DNA of 64,000 nucleotides, taken from the NCBI GenBank assembly GCA_030265395.1, contig JARFYF010000056.1, forward strand, positions 5,979,486-6,043,485, read 5' to 3'. The stretch is from Rhina ancylostomus (Eukaryota). Of the stretch, positions 11,803 to 24,200 are shown piece by piece; the stretch's first letter is position 1, and every line of letters starts with the position of its first letter. The notes beneath the pieces are model-generated. The model saw only the letters and a program-made list of their open reading frames with translations, had not been told where the DNA came from and ran no database searches. The position numbers and the translations under genes are program-made.

Positions 11803-12775
11803 CTAAAAACAATGTGTAAAACAGATTTACTTACTCCTCCCTAAATCAGTGTGTAAAATATATCATTGATCACTGGGTAAATGAAGCTGCTTTTAAATTT
11901 GCCTGCTTCCAATGAACTGGTTTCATGTAGCTTACTGAATTTTACTGTCATTAATAACTAGAAAACATTCTTTTGAACAGAAACTGTGCTACTGCAAAAT
12001 TACTTTCCCATCAAGTTACATCAGATTCAACACTTACATCCTCACTGTGACGATAACACTTAAAAATTCTCAGCAGTTACTGTCCCAGCCTGGTTTATTC
12101 AGCTAATTTCATTTAATTCCAGTTTAATGTCAAAGCAGGCAGCTGAAAGTGGACAGATACATTGCATGGATCTGTTGCTATGGATTTTAATCTTAATGCA
12201 GATGGCTTAATAAAAGGAATGCTATCAGTCTTTCCTGTTTCAAGCACTTCACGCCAGGTCTTTGCACACGTGTCCTGGACACAAAATTCCTATCAGCAAA
12301 ATTCCTGGTCTACAGAGACTCATCGCGCTGTTTAAGCAATAAATCTGGGAGGCTGACATATTTCTTAAAAGAAGCTCAATGGAACTGCCAGCATGGATGG
12401 AGTTCTACAGCAAAGGAAACATACTTAACTCTCTCACACAAGGTCTCCATTCACACAGTCACGGGACAGTTCATGCAGTTCAAAACAATGCATCACACAT
12501 GCAAAGATCACTTATGAAAGCACTGCTATAACTCACTCTCACTGGTGAAATGCTGCTATTTCCATAAGATGCAAATTGAAACACTTATTAAGATAAAGTG
12601 GAATTACTTTTACTGTTGAAATGCAGCAATGATGCTCCATACCTCTAGCAAGTTACAAATCATGTTTGAACTCATTACAGTCAAACTACATTACAACAGA
12701 AGTGTACAGAATTTATTGCCACACTGTCATCAGTCACCAGCTTTTCCTCAGCAAAATACCTGCTCTGCTACTAAC

Positions 12776-12873
12776 CTTCAGCACAATTTCATTGACTGTG
12801 TTGGTGTCTGCTTCAAAGTAGAGATGCTTGTGGTCATGATTGCTTAGATATGTGAGCTTGAATATTGCATGGC
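12776..12873 (-). CDS. MAPKAP1: MAPKAP1/SIN1 coding exon (exon 11 equivalent; PH domain)
   Basis: 98 bp, tgccttgcAG|...|GTtagt. Translates (S)[32 protein letters not shown]. Phase 1-0, compatible with both neighbours. Confidence 0.99.
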
Positions 12874-13540
12874 CTGCAAGGCAAACAAAGGACAGGAGTC
12901 AAACAGATGAACAGAGTTTTACTACGGATGCAGCTTGACAAAGAAACAGATGGCGATATTAATGTCCCATCAGCAGAACAGAAGGAAATTGCATGATGGC
13001 GACAGGCTCCGCATGTCATTTCAACATCATTCAGGCAAAACTCACCACAAAGGCAACAGAACCCTTTTTAATATAATTTGATTCCCCATCCCATCACAAT
13101 GGACAAAGTGCAANNNNNNNNNNNNNNNNNNNNNNNNNNNNNNNNNNNNNNNNNNNNNNNNNNNNNNNNNNNNNNNNNNNGCGGGGTGCTGCAGTTGGTG
13201 AGGAAGGAGGAATAAAAAGAAACCAGATTCTGCTTGCTGCTCATGTTACAGGAGGAAAAGATTTAACATTTGAGGTGGATTTATACAGATTTACTGCTTC
13301 AGACTGATGTAATATGTTAATAATCTGCTACATGACCTTTCTTAATGCTGCAGTTCTGGAGAGGTTATGTTAACATGCATTAGAAAATGAAATCTTTTTA
13401 ATTTTGTCTTCTGATGCAGAGTCAAATTTTTTAATATATGCTTAATTCAATGCCCACCACTATTCCAATAGCCTTTTATGATATAATTTAGTACAGCAAA
13501 AGCATTAAATTACAGGGTATCATGGATTTTTAGATCTTAC

Positions 13541-14346
13541 TAAAAATTATCAGAACTTCAAAATTCAGTATTGCAAGGCCAGCACTACAGCTTTCATTGT
13601 CCAGACCATTGCAGCTTTATGGATTTACATTTGGAAGTGGTAAGAGCAGCACCAGTGCAATACATCAATACAAAAGTAATGAAGGAGACAATAGAGAAGA
13701 GAGAAAATCCTGAAGCATTTTCAGCCATATGATGCCATATCTTGTACAACAACACAATGATAGCAGAGCTTGGTAAACTGCGGTACCCTGATGTCTTCCA
13801 GAGTTGAATGGCCAAGGTCCATTGAGCCATGAGGACTTCCCATTTGTGCTTCTACTATTCTGCATACACTGCAGATTGTTGATATTTACAGAACTTGGTG
13901 TTCTGATGTACAATGTATCCATCACTTGGGAAACAACACAGAGCAGTTGCACCAAATTTAAACAGAATAAGCTGATGATTAAGAAATGCACACATGCCAG
14001 AAAGGAGTTACTGAGAAAAGAAGAGCAGGATTCATTGTTGGATCAAAAATCTCCAACAAAACCAGAATACATTCCAATGAGAGACTAGCATTAACTTGCC
14101 TTTAGGTACTAAAGAACAAGTGGAATAGAAAACAGCATCTTCATTTATTCAAACACTTTGAAGTCCAATTCCTCCACAGGAATCAAATTAGTTTCTCTTA
14201 ATATGGGAAGTTTCCATATCACCCTGACTAGATATTATTATTTAATTATCACAATGCACATCGCTCTTCAGGACAACATGGTAACGGTAAAATTTGAGAA
14301 GTCCATTTAATAAATGAAAATTTTCTTGAATTTTACAACAAGTATC
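13541..14346 (-). pseudogene. PKD1-like fossil: compact, degenerate TOP/channel-like segment (first module)
   Basis: Acceptor ttaaactAG| at 14346. Motifs across frames: FSFIKWTSQILP, CILVLLEIFDPTMN, FLACVHFLIISLFCLNLVQ, GYRSLPSSAIIVLL (PKD1L3 DYRTFFSSAVTVV), FSIVSFITFVLM (PKD1L2 SCIVFMTFVVL). Helix assignment ambiguous. Confidence 0.48.
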
Positions 14347-14825
14347 CTAGTTTAATGGAATTGAATTCAGTTAATCTAAGTACAAAATACATTGGCTTCC
14401 AATTTTAAGTGTCAAAAGGCTGGATGGTGCATGGATAACAATGGCAAGGCCATCAGTTCTCACACTTCCACAACATGCAATAAAGATTTGGAAAGACTCA
14501 TGATTAAATCAAAGGTAAAACAACTTTTCATAGTTTCCAGCACTCATTAAACAAGGCATGAAGCATGGAAACAGGCCCTTCAGCCCACTGAGTTCACACT
14601 GACCATCAAGCTCTTACTAGTGGTGCCATTCTGTCACCCTACTCTTGGGAATAAGAGTTCAAACTTGAGAGTCAATTTTCAAGGCTGGCGAGATTGTTAG
14701 GCAGTTGTTAAAATTAATTATTTCATGAAAAATCGATTTACTTCTGCAAGCACCAGCCCTAACTATTTTCTTCGACTTCAATGGGGACTTATTTGGCAAG
14801 GCATAACATTATCTAGGTTAGGTTA

Positions 14826-14900
14826 TTGGTTAAGCAACTTGAAGCACAAGTTTGGTTCCCAATAATAACAGATAACAATAAGTAATAAAATAATCACCCA
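14826..14900 (-). pseudogene. PKD1-like fossil: TM6/S1 (first module)
   Basis: WVIILLLIVICYYWEPNLCFKLLNQ fits the S1 pattern LLLVAY...DPNAYYLNx. Upstream part replaced by a CR1 fragment. Confidence 0.55.
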
Positions 14901-14929
14901 TTTAAGATGGAGACAAGGAGTTTCTCGCC

Positions 14930-15125
14930 TCGGAGGATCATGAATACATGGAGACCAAGTCATATTCAAGGTGGAGGTTGACAGACATTTGAACTCAAGG
15001 GAGTTAAAGGACATAGGGAGACAGCAGACAAGTGGTGTTGAGGCCAAGACTAGATCAGCCATCATCTAAGTGAATGGCAGAGCAGGCTCCAGACCAACTG
15101 GTGTATTCCTGCTTATCATCTTACA
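14930..15125 (+). mobile_element. CR1-type LINE 3' fragment
   Basis: atattcaaggtggaggttgacagacatttg...tagatcagccatcatctaagtgaatggcagagcaggctc, typical of CR1 ORF2 end and 3' UTR. Confidence 0.7.
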
Positions 15126-15749
15126 ATATCAAATATGACAATTTGGAGTCTGCAGAAAGTTTGTGCCATCAGTGGTACTGTGCTGCTCCACATGGTGTGT
15201 CGTTACAGTCATTGCTGATAATCAGTGCTGGGACTTGGAGTACATTTTTCCCCATTCATTCATATGAGGTGCAGATCACTGGAAATACCAGCATTTATTG
15301 ACTATCTCTAATTGCCCCAGACCTCATTCCCTGAAGTAATCTGGTGAACCAGATGGGCTTTTACAACCACCCAGTAGTTCCACATTCACCATTACTGTAA
15401 CAAGCTTGAACTCTGTATTTATTCAATTACTTGAATATAAATTAGGCAGCTGCCGTGCTGAGATTCAAAATTGTGTTTGCTGACCAAGTCTCCACTAGAG
15501 ACAGGTGAAAATATTAGGGCTGCTGCACACAGGAGTAAGCCGATTGTTAAATGAATAAATCAATGATAATTACTGCCTAACAACATCACTAACCTTGAAA
15601 ACTAACTTAAATAAATATGGAGCCTCTTCCCACGAGAGTTAACTAGTGCTGGAGATTAAAAAATGTTTTACGCAAGTCTTTTATCTTGCTCTTAATACCA
15701 CCAGTTTACCCCAACCCTTACTGCATGTTCTATGCACGACTTAAAGTTA

Positions 15750-16010
15750 CCACATACTTCCTGACTGCGGCTCAGCATGTCCAAGTGAGGAACCTTCAAC
15801 TTGGCTGACTGAAAAATCTTCCTGTTTCTTGGTCTGCTCAGAGCCGTAGGTGATATGGAGAAGGTACACAGCACATCTGATATTTGACCAGAGCAAGGCT
15901 TTGCTGTAAACCCAGCAAAACTTCGTAGCCCACTCCAAGGTCAAGAGCAACTGCTGTCCTTTTGATGCTGACAGCGTCAGGGCATCAGAAGATAAATGGT
16001 TTGAGTTTTC
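15750..16010 (-). pseudogene. PKD1-like fossil: TM4-TM5
   Basis: Within ORF 15747..16040: WVYSKALLWSNIRCAVYLLHITYGSEQTKKQEDFSVSQVEGSSLGHAEP. Compare PKDREJ WCVYVAWFLVF...YGLTYGYDKSIEW and PKD1L2 MAVSFVESMFVTQP. Confidence 0.62.
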
Positions 16011-17432
16011 AGTTGTAAATTCAATTAGAAATGAACACAACTCAGGACAATTTTAGATTAAGAAAATGTTAAACTATGGAAAAAAAAACTAAGATTAGCT
16101 GTGCAGGTTTTGGAGCAAAAAATGAATATTTAAATATTTCTGAGCATTTGCAGCAAGGTCAAAAGACTTTTTGTAGTGCAAATGCATATTGATCAACGAG
16201 AAACTCTCTCTAAAATGCTTCAAATAAACCTCACAAAAATACAAGGATTAGCCAGGTTCAAAACGATGGTATATTAAAGTTGTAATTTTGGGTAACTATA
16301 CAACAAAGTTAAATGGACCACGTTTTAAACTGTTTAGATTTGCACATTTCAATATCACTGAACAATCCACATTTTCTGCATTAAAGAGATTACTTCAAGA
16401 GGTAGATTATCAGTGATAATTATCCTAAAATCATTTTGTTTACAATAATTTTGAAGCAAAATTAAAAATATCCCTTCACCAAGATGACAATAAGAAATGT
16501 TTCACAGAATGTTCTGCCTCCAGGAGAAGTTAAAATCCATTCAATAAAATAAAATCAAGACATCTAGTGGCAGTAAAAGCTAACTGCACTGCTCTCAGAC
16601 CCACGTCCCAGGAGAGAAGGGTCAAACACATCAGACTATTGTGAAATGAATAGGTCAGAAAATAAATTGAGAATAACCCTGGCTTAAACAATGCTTTCAA
16701 GCCCTAGAGTGGTCATATTTCTTTGGAAATAAAATCTCTGGCAAACTTTCTGGGAGAAGAGAGACATAGATGTTTGCATCATGTGTAACCTCAAAATGAA
16801 GCGGCTGAGAGCACTTTATCCGGTTCATAACGAACAAGGACAAATATTTTAAACATTATAACATAAACATTATACTGAATCTCTCCATATGCAGTAGATG
16901 ACGATAATGTTTCACAAGAAAAAAATGTTGAGTCAGATTTTTGGCTTGAGCAGCTTCACTGCATTTACCCATCTTGTTCAAAAATTCTGAGAACGATTTC
17001 ATTTTATTTCACGGCACAGCTTTTGGGTTTCTGGCTACACTTTATATAAAAGGTGAACAAAAGTAATTTTGCAGATAAAAATTTTAAAAAGCACCATAAT
17101 TTTTCTTGTTGTTAACCAAATTTGACCTTTCTTTTGTAATATTAACTTCATTTCTGAGATGAGCATTTAAGTTGCAAGTATTCCTTCAGCACTTCCCAAG
17201 TGGGCCAAGTTTCAAAGACAATTATTCCCATTAAAAATTGTCTTTATCGATTACTTCCAGGAATACACCATTTGCACAAGTCCAGATTATTCAGAATCCT
17301 GATTGCATGAGTTTCCAACAATGCAAACAATGTCTTGGTTGACATCTAACTACATAGTAACTATTCAAATGTGGTCAGCAGGATTTGTTTTCTTGTCAAT
17401 TGACTAATCAGGACACTGATCATTTTACAAAG

Positions 17433-17648
17433 GATAGAACATAGAACAGTACAGCACAGGAACAGGCCCTTCAGCCCACGGTATTACACCAAACTCATTA
17501 AGCGCCTAACTAAATTCATCCCACCTGCCTATACAATATCCATACCCCTCTATTCTCTTATAATTTGTGTGCCTAAGAGCCTCTTAACTTCTGTTGAATC
17601 TGCCTCCACTACCACCCCGGCAGTGCATTCCAGGCACCCACCGCTCTG
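17433..17648 (-). mobile_element. CR1-type LINE 3' fragment inserted in the fossil PLAT region
   Basis: atagaacatagaacagtacagcacaggaacaggcccttcagcccac...gcattccaggcacccaccgctctgt (reverse-complement CR1 tail). Confidence 0.85.
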
Positions 17649-18007
17649 TATGATGTGATGAAAATCTGTGACTGATAACTCATGCATTCAAGAAGTTACT
17701 TAAAAGTCCTGGATCTGGCCACAAAGCAGCAGAATACTCTTCTGAAAAAACAATATTGAATACAAATGTTCTACCACATACAAGTAAGGCAGGTTAAAAA
17801 TAACAATGACATTACCCAAAGTGAGTTTACGACAAAGTGAATGTCACTTGCAACTTTTATCAGCAACAACAACTTTACATCCTTTACCTTCCCAAGCTGA
17901 CGTAAGCATCGTTCAAAAAAGTATTGACGGAGGCAAGGGCCTTGAAGGAAGCAGGGTGCTGGTGGGAAAAATATGCAGAAAGCTGTTTCTGTGATAAAAG
18001 TGATAAG

Positions 18008-18183
18008 TCAGAGTTATACAACACAAAAACAGGCTCTTCAGCCCAACTCGTCCATGCTGACCAAATTATGTACCTGACCTAGTCTCATTTGTGGCCCATA
18101 TCCCTCTAAACCTTTCCAATCCACATGCCTGTGTAAATATCTTTTAAACATTGTAATTGTACCTGCATTTGCCACTTCCTCTG
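18008..18183 (-). mobile_element. CR1-type LINE 3' fragment inserted in the fossil GAIN region
   Basis: Translates EEVANAGTITMFKRYLHRHVDWKGLEGYG (CR1 ORF2 C-terminus) plus 3' tail. Confidence 0.85.
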
Positions 18184-20329
18184 TACTTAAAAATGAAGTA
18201 ACTGTCATCACAATCACCTCCAGGGGGCTGTGTATTATGTCCACAGATCGCAGAACAATCCCAATTACCAGGAGAATCATGATCTTCACAACAATAGTGA
18301 TGCAAGTCTTGTAGCATTGCCTCCAACAGAGGGGTCTGACAGAGGAATGGAGTCTGTGTGTTGTGGAATAGGACCAAGAATAATTCCTTGGAGCCCAGTT
18401 CCTTACATCCACTGCAGATTGTCTGGGATACTTCAATTGCAGATTCTTCTATCCTTTGGGGCAGTCTGTCCCGGAAGAGAATCAGTAATTGTGTCTCAGG
18501 AATCAATGAAGTGGACAAGTTCTGGGTTCTACAGTGCTGAAAGACGCAGGCAAAGATCGCCCTTTTTGAAATCAGTTTAGTACAGCACTAAATCAGCTGA
18601 AGGACGCTTGGCCTTATTGATCAGTTGGGTTCCCAGATCTCAAATTCCCTTGAAAGTAATAAAGAAACACAATCAAGTTTTAGGCAATTTTTCTCCACAG
18701 TCACTGCTATTTTCAAGGCTGCTGTTGGTGGAAAGGTCAACTGACAACCCCCAAATCTTCAATAGACGATGCAGACTTGTAGTAGTTAAACTGTCTATGG
18801 TAAAGCTCACGTACTCAATCCAGGGAGGGAGTTAGGAGCAGTATCCATACAGCTGAAAGGAAATAGAAGTCCATGGAGGAACTGATTTGCCTTAGAAATT
18901 TAAGGCTTAGCTACCTCAACAATTATTTTGCTGTAAGCGCAATGGCTCCAATACTTGGGGATTCACTCAGGTTCATAAGGGCAGTTTTCTTCACCAAACA
19001 AATTCTCTCTCCCCTTTAAGCCTGACTTCTGACTGAGAATTTCTTTAACAAAAGAGAAAAGCGCTCCCATGTCTGAAGTCTCAGCACAGACCACAAACAC
19101 TTGTGTGTGATTGTCTGCATCAGGGGTGGATTTATGAATAGTTTTAACAAATTTCAAAGCTCGAACTGTCGTGAAGGAAACGTTTTCTGGAAAAGATCAG
19201 GTACGAACTCAAACCATGAAAAATATGCCCAGATCCACAGCCAAATGAATATCCTAAAAACCTTTTAAAAAATTGCTTTATTTAACAATCTGATATGAAG
19301 ATGAAGTAACTGATCCCAAGAACAACAGACAATAATTGTGTAGCAGCCATAAGAGGGAGGGGGAAGGTGAAAGTTGTCAAATTGTCATTAGGCAAAAAAT
19401 CTCTGTCACCACATTCTTTGGGGCCATGATTTTGTCAAGGCATAATTTTAAGCTTACGGTTTACATTTACAGAAACGTTCTGTCATTTATCTTTTTGAAT
19501 GTACAAATACTTCTGCAAAAGAAATGAGAAACTACATACTGATGACATATTAATTAGAGTTTCCTACTGGTTTCATGGTAAAAAGGGCAATTAAACATAA
19601 TTATGATTTGCTAACCATTAAGATAAATTCCCAAATTGGAAATTGTCAAATAATTTAAAAAGTATTTTTAAAGCATTTGACAAAAAGCCCCCAGTGGTAC
19701 TAATGTCCAATGTATTTTAAAAGTCTCAATGAAAAAAAAGATCTTAATTAGAGGCTCATTAGTATGTAAATGGAGTGGTGTTTTGTTACAACTGAGTAGG
19801 GATGATTTTTTTTACAGAAAAACCTATTTAAAAAGTTATTACAATAAATGCAAAAATTTCAATTGGATGGTTTATTTCACTTTTTTCCCCAGACAAGAAA
19901 AATAATGACACTTTCTCATTTCACATGTTGGCTCTCAAACATCTGGTTTAATGAGGCACTTATGTTTGCTCTGACTTTTTGTTATACTGGTGGCAAAATC
20001 TAAAAAATAGTCACACACATGCATAATTTTCTCACAACTTTTTATATATACAAATTAATTGCTTGAAGACGTTAACAGCTGTTCTTCAATATTCCAACTT
20101 CATTTGGGAAACTGGAGAGTGAAGATCATCAGGCGACTCAAGAATGTGGGTGCTCAATCTCTCCTGCCACCTCCCAGCATTTTTGCATATCCACCGACAG
20201 TCATTAGACTGTGGTCATCAGTGGGACCTGGGGCAAAATCTCCCCTTCCCTTCCCATAGGACCAAATGTTAGCTCAGCCAAGTCAATAGTGCCCTAAGAT
20301 TGAACTTGGGACCTTCTTGGTCTGAGTAA

Positions 20330-20580
20330 CTGAATGACAACAAGGCAATGAATTTACTATGGCAGCATCTAACAAACTTGAGCAAGAATATATTGAAAAT
20401 TATCTTTGGAAACTCAACAATTAAAGGATTAATATACTTCTCCAAAGAATTAGCAATGCTTGATAGTGCTCTGTTCAATAAGAAAGGCTGTTGTGCAGTG
20501 AATGTGCTGAAATTTGCTGACACAAATGATTTGAATACCACTGAGATTAGTGAGTTAATCTGAGGAGCCGTACTAGACAT
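20330..20580 (-). pseudogene. PKD1-like fossil: possible helical GAIN subdomain A
   Basis: Open amphipathic frame QINSLISVVFKSFVSANFSTFTAQQPFLLNRALSSIANSLEK at the expected position between REJ and GAIN-B. No diagnostic motif. Confidence 0.33.
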
Positions 20581-21480
20581 TTACAGGTGCTGCATATGGA
20601 GTTTGTGTTTGAATTACAGTGCCACCACGTTTCTTTTCTCTTAATATGCTGATTTTAAAAATCAGCAGCCAAATTGCAAGTAATCAAAATAATTTAAAAC
20701 AGACATATTGGTATGCAGGAAAGACAAAAATAATTTGGATAAAAATTATATTCAGCATTCATCATACACACACACACACATACAAGAAAACAAAACATCT
20801 CGCACACCAGTGCTCAGACTAAATGATACTGCTGGAAGATCAATAACGCTAATACCTTTACATACAGTGTGCAATCTTTCCAAATGGCTTGCAGTTAAAT
20901 GCTTAGCGATTTTGTTTTAACATTTTATTTGGTAACATTCCCCTAGGAATTCATTTTTTATAATCAGCATTAATTTTGAAATGCATTGATAGAACCACCC
21001 ATGGTTATGTGTAACTGAGAAGAATAAAACATGGAAATTAAAAGCATTACAGGCTGGTTTCTCTCCAGTGACTGCCTGACCTGTTAGCAATTCCAGCATT
21101 GTTTTAATTTCTGAATTCCAGCACCCTCAGTATTTTGCTTCTGTACTGTAGTATCTGGTGAAGAATGGACAAAAAGTCTTAAAACAAGCAAAACGACAAG
21201 AAAGAATGGGTTGTCCAAATGGCCAATATATGGGAAGCTGAGAAAGTAGAAATCACAGGAGTAAGATTTTTTTAAAAAATAAGAAAGGTGTAGAGACTGC
21301 ACGCAATCATAACAAAGATTATTGGGTTCCACAGGTGAGAAAAATATATCAAGTCTGAAGTACAGTAATATTTAAAATAAATTTAACTGTATTTAAAAGA
21401 ATCACTGCACTGAACTCAGAAAGTTAATGTACTTAAGTAGTATGACAAATAATTCAATGAACACTTTGCATTGAGATTTG

Positions 21481-21850
21481 TTAAGCATCAAAAATATAAA
21501 GAGAAAGTATGGAGACGGAAGGATGAAAGTAATCACGGACAATTACAAATATCAGAATTGTCTGATACTCCAGTGATTTTGTTTTGCATTTTGACACTGT
21601 TACATTTAACCTCTCAAGGGCCCAAGGTGAGACAAGATACTGTACTTCTGTTCTTAAAAAGTTAGTTAATTTGATAGAGTTGAAGCTCATAATTGAAAAG
21701 TTTTTATCATGAAATACTGCTATTTCTGAGAGATGTCAGATCAGCATCACTAGTAGCACGACAAAGGTTTATGTGCAATTTAATTGGAACAGTTTCATTT
21801 AACACTGACATTATAGGATACACATGAGGAACAGATCAGATTGCTTCAGT
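21481..21850 (-). pseudogene. PKD1-like fossil: REJ C-terminal part
   Basis: LHINLCRATSDADL...LFNYELQLY...LFKNRSTVSCLTLGP*, then in another frame YQTILIFVIVRDYF. Fits the REJ pattern CxxWxDxD...YxF...LPxG...YxVxIxVxVxDxLG. Confidence 0.55.
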
Positions 21851-22799
21851 CTGTGGCAAACTGACAGAAACCTCCTCATTAATACTATGGCGAAATGGCA
21901 GAGACTACAGTTACTCGCTGTGCAAGGGCTAAACTCTTTGTGGCAGACTCTTGCATCCTTGTCCTTATATTACAGCTTTCCCCCCTCTGCCAACTGACTC
22001 TTTTGGAATGTTGCAGTGTACCTTGTAAATCACTGCACACCCCACTGCCCACCACTATCACCTCACCAGTCTTGTTTTAGGAACAGATGATAAATAAATC
22101 AAAGTGTACTAAGCAGTTCTTCCACATGGCAATTGCCTCCCTCATTCCTTCTGCAGCTCATCAATCAAACTATTGTCTACTTGAAAGCCAAGGCTTGTAA
22201 ATGTCATCTCCACTCAAGTCCAAGTAGAAGAAAATCAGAATACTGCTACGAGTTTTAATTGGATAGTGTAATTAAACTAAAATACCCTGGTAGGCCAGTT
22301 CTGACAGGACAGTCAAGACCTCTTTTAATGAGGCTGATATTAGTATTTGTTACAAGGATCATGAAAATGCACAGGAAAATTATTTTAATTCCATTCCTAG
22401 CACTATGACTTGCTAGAGTCACTTAGGTTTTAAATGGTTTTTTTTTTGCAAATGATGGCTTATTTTAAAAGGAATTGATTAGAATGCAAAATTACTTAAG
22501 TTTTAGCATCAGCTTGCTTTACACATAATGCTTGTTGGTCAGTTAAGCAATTAAACTTAAAAAAGGCCAACAGGGTTTGGAATGCATTTTTAATAATCAT
22601 GGGATGGTTTTTGGGTCGAGTGGGAGAAAAGTAGAGGAAGAGTTTCAAAGGTAACCTGGCTGGGAGGAGCTTGTTTTCTTTATGAAAAAATCTCTTTCTC
22701 CTCTTACCAACTGACAAGTTGAGTGCAGAACTCCACCGCACTGACAGCCATTTGGACGTGCACAAGAACAATCTCGGTCAGCTCCTCACCTTCTTGCCA

Positions 22800-23045
22800 C
22801 CCCCCACCCACCTAATTATATTACTGACAAAATTACCAATCATTGTCTCTTTTAATAAATAACTCAGCACAGCAGTGGAAAGCAGTTAATACAGTATCCA
22901 AATATTATTAACATATTTGCTAATTGGCCAGGATTTACAATGCTAACAGCAAATCGGAACAGAATGTCCCGTGGTCGTCATGGAAATCACAACCAGTTAA
23001 TCAGAGCTGTGAACCAAATTGAATCATCGCTATGACGACGACTAC
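22800..23045. promoter_or_regulatory. Candidate conserved non-coding element with paired X-box-like motifs
   Basis: Homeobox TAAT cores, retained CpGs, GTCGTCATGGAAAT (22974-22987) and ATCGCTATGACGAC (23026-23039). Confidence 0.42.
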
Positions 23046-23959
23046 AAGACAGCCTCAGATCAGTGCCCACAGCATGTGGACTGGCACAGGCACAAGGTGG
23101 TGTTAATACGCCAACTCCAATCAGCTGGGGGACTGGGGATGGTGGGTGGGTGGTGCCAATAACACTTGGGGAGGAATGGTAGTCCACAACCCGAAGGCTA
23201 AAACAGATTCTTCAGCACAAATCGGGACTTAACTCAGTGCCTTGCCCTCAACAAAGTAATAATTGTTGCAAATTTCAACAAGGGAAAGTGCCTCCAATGC
23301 GGTGAAAAAGCAATCCTTGAACAGGCAGAGAGGACGGCAAGGGGCGTGGGTGGGGTGATGCCAGGAGATGGGTTGGGAATACCTTTACTTAGCTATCACC
23401 AGTTGCAGTAGTTCTTGGTATTCTATCCAAGATGGATTAAATAGCACCAAGTAGGGAAAATGCATTAACAGGGAAAGTTGCATGTGGCTTTTGTACGTTG
23501 CCAAAAACAACAAATTGGCACTGGGGCTCAAGTATAGATTATCTTGTCTGACAACTGTGAAAGCATCCCAAATAGTCCAAATGCAGATTTAAAACCTGGA
23601 CCAATACCAACCTGGCACTGGTTCTCTCCAAACAACACCTTAGGGTTACTTATATTAGGTGAATTCTTAAACAAAAAGGGTTTTTGTCCATTTTAACTCG
23701 TACTGCTAGCTACTTTAACAATAAATTTGCATCAGAGTGAATTTTGTGAACTTACTACACACATGTAATAAGTCACACAAGGAGGTCAGTATTAGTGGGA
23801 AGCCAGTAAATACTAACTGTGTACTAAATGAATTAGGATTACCTCCTTTTAAAGTTTACTTCTGGTGTAATCCATATTACAGCAAGATTCAAGGCATTAA
23901 TTACACTGAGCTGAATAAACTCAAGAACAGGGCATTGCAGGGCACAGCACTACATTAGC

Positions 23960-24200
23960 ATGTGTCAAGTTTCTTTGGTTTTAAATGAAAACTACATAAA
24001 AACATTTCTGCCATCAATTTTGCTATCACTAACAGCCAGCACGAATTCTGCAAGGGAAGCTATTTTCGTGCAGATGTGAAATTCAATGAAAAAGACCGAC
24101 TCTTGTAGGAACATCAATCAAAACGTCGGCTGCAGTGACAGATCTCAACGGTGAGGGAGGGTTAAAGGTCACAGGTTAAGGAAAAAGCCAAGCTCTGGTT
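23960..24200. promoter_or_regulatory. Candidate developmental enhancer (PBX-HOX, MEIS, tandem DR1)
   Basis: ATCAATCA (= TGATTGAT) 24113-24120; TGACAG 24136-24141; GGGTTA-a-AGGTCA-c-AGGTTA 24159-24178. Confidence 0.5.

Larger units (their letters stand above)
16800..19186 (-). pseudogene. PKD1-like fossil large segment: GAIN, GPS, TM1, PLAT, TM2, TM3; interrupted by two LINE fragments
   Basis: Acceptor cttttccAG| at 19186. GAIN SAVDVRNWAPRNYSW (18374-18418). GPS LF*TMLTSAWEGKGCKVVVADKSCK*HSLCRKLTLGNVIVIFN in one frame (about 17800-17921). PLAT TLFALLETHAIRILNN (17286-17333; PKD1L2 TLFPLGELRSLRLWHDNSG). KGQIWLT (17110-17130; cf. DGHIWYS). TM2 QEKLWCFLKFLSAKLLLFTFY. TM3 NVYVIMFKIFVLVR. Confidence 0.75.

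Noticed and set aside
12300-13500. TOP-like words WWALN...RTAALRKV and QFASYG
   Set aside because: Short, stop-ridden, and redundant with better matches at 9822-9887 and 9154-9171.
18190-18520. Alternative reading as GPS plus TM1 (QTICSGCKEL...; CITIVVKIMILLVIGIVLR)
   Set aside because: The overlapping frame gives a better GAIN match (VDVR...NYSW) and the better GPS follows downstream.
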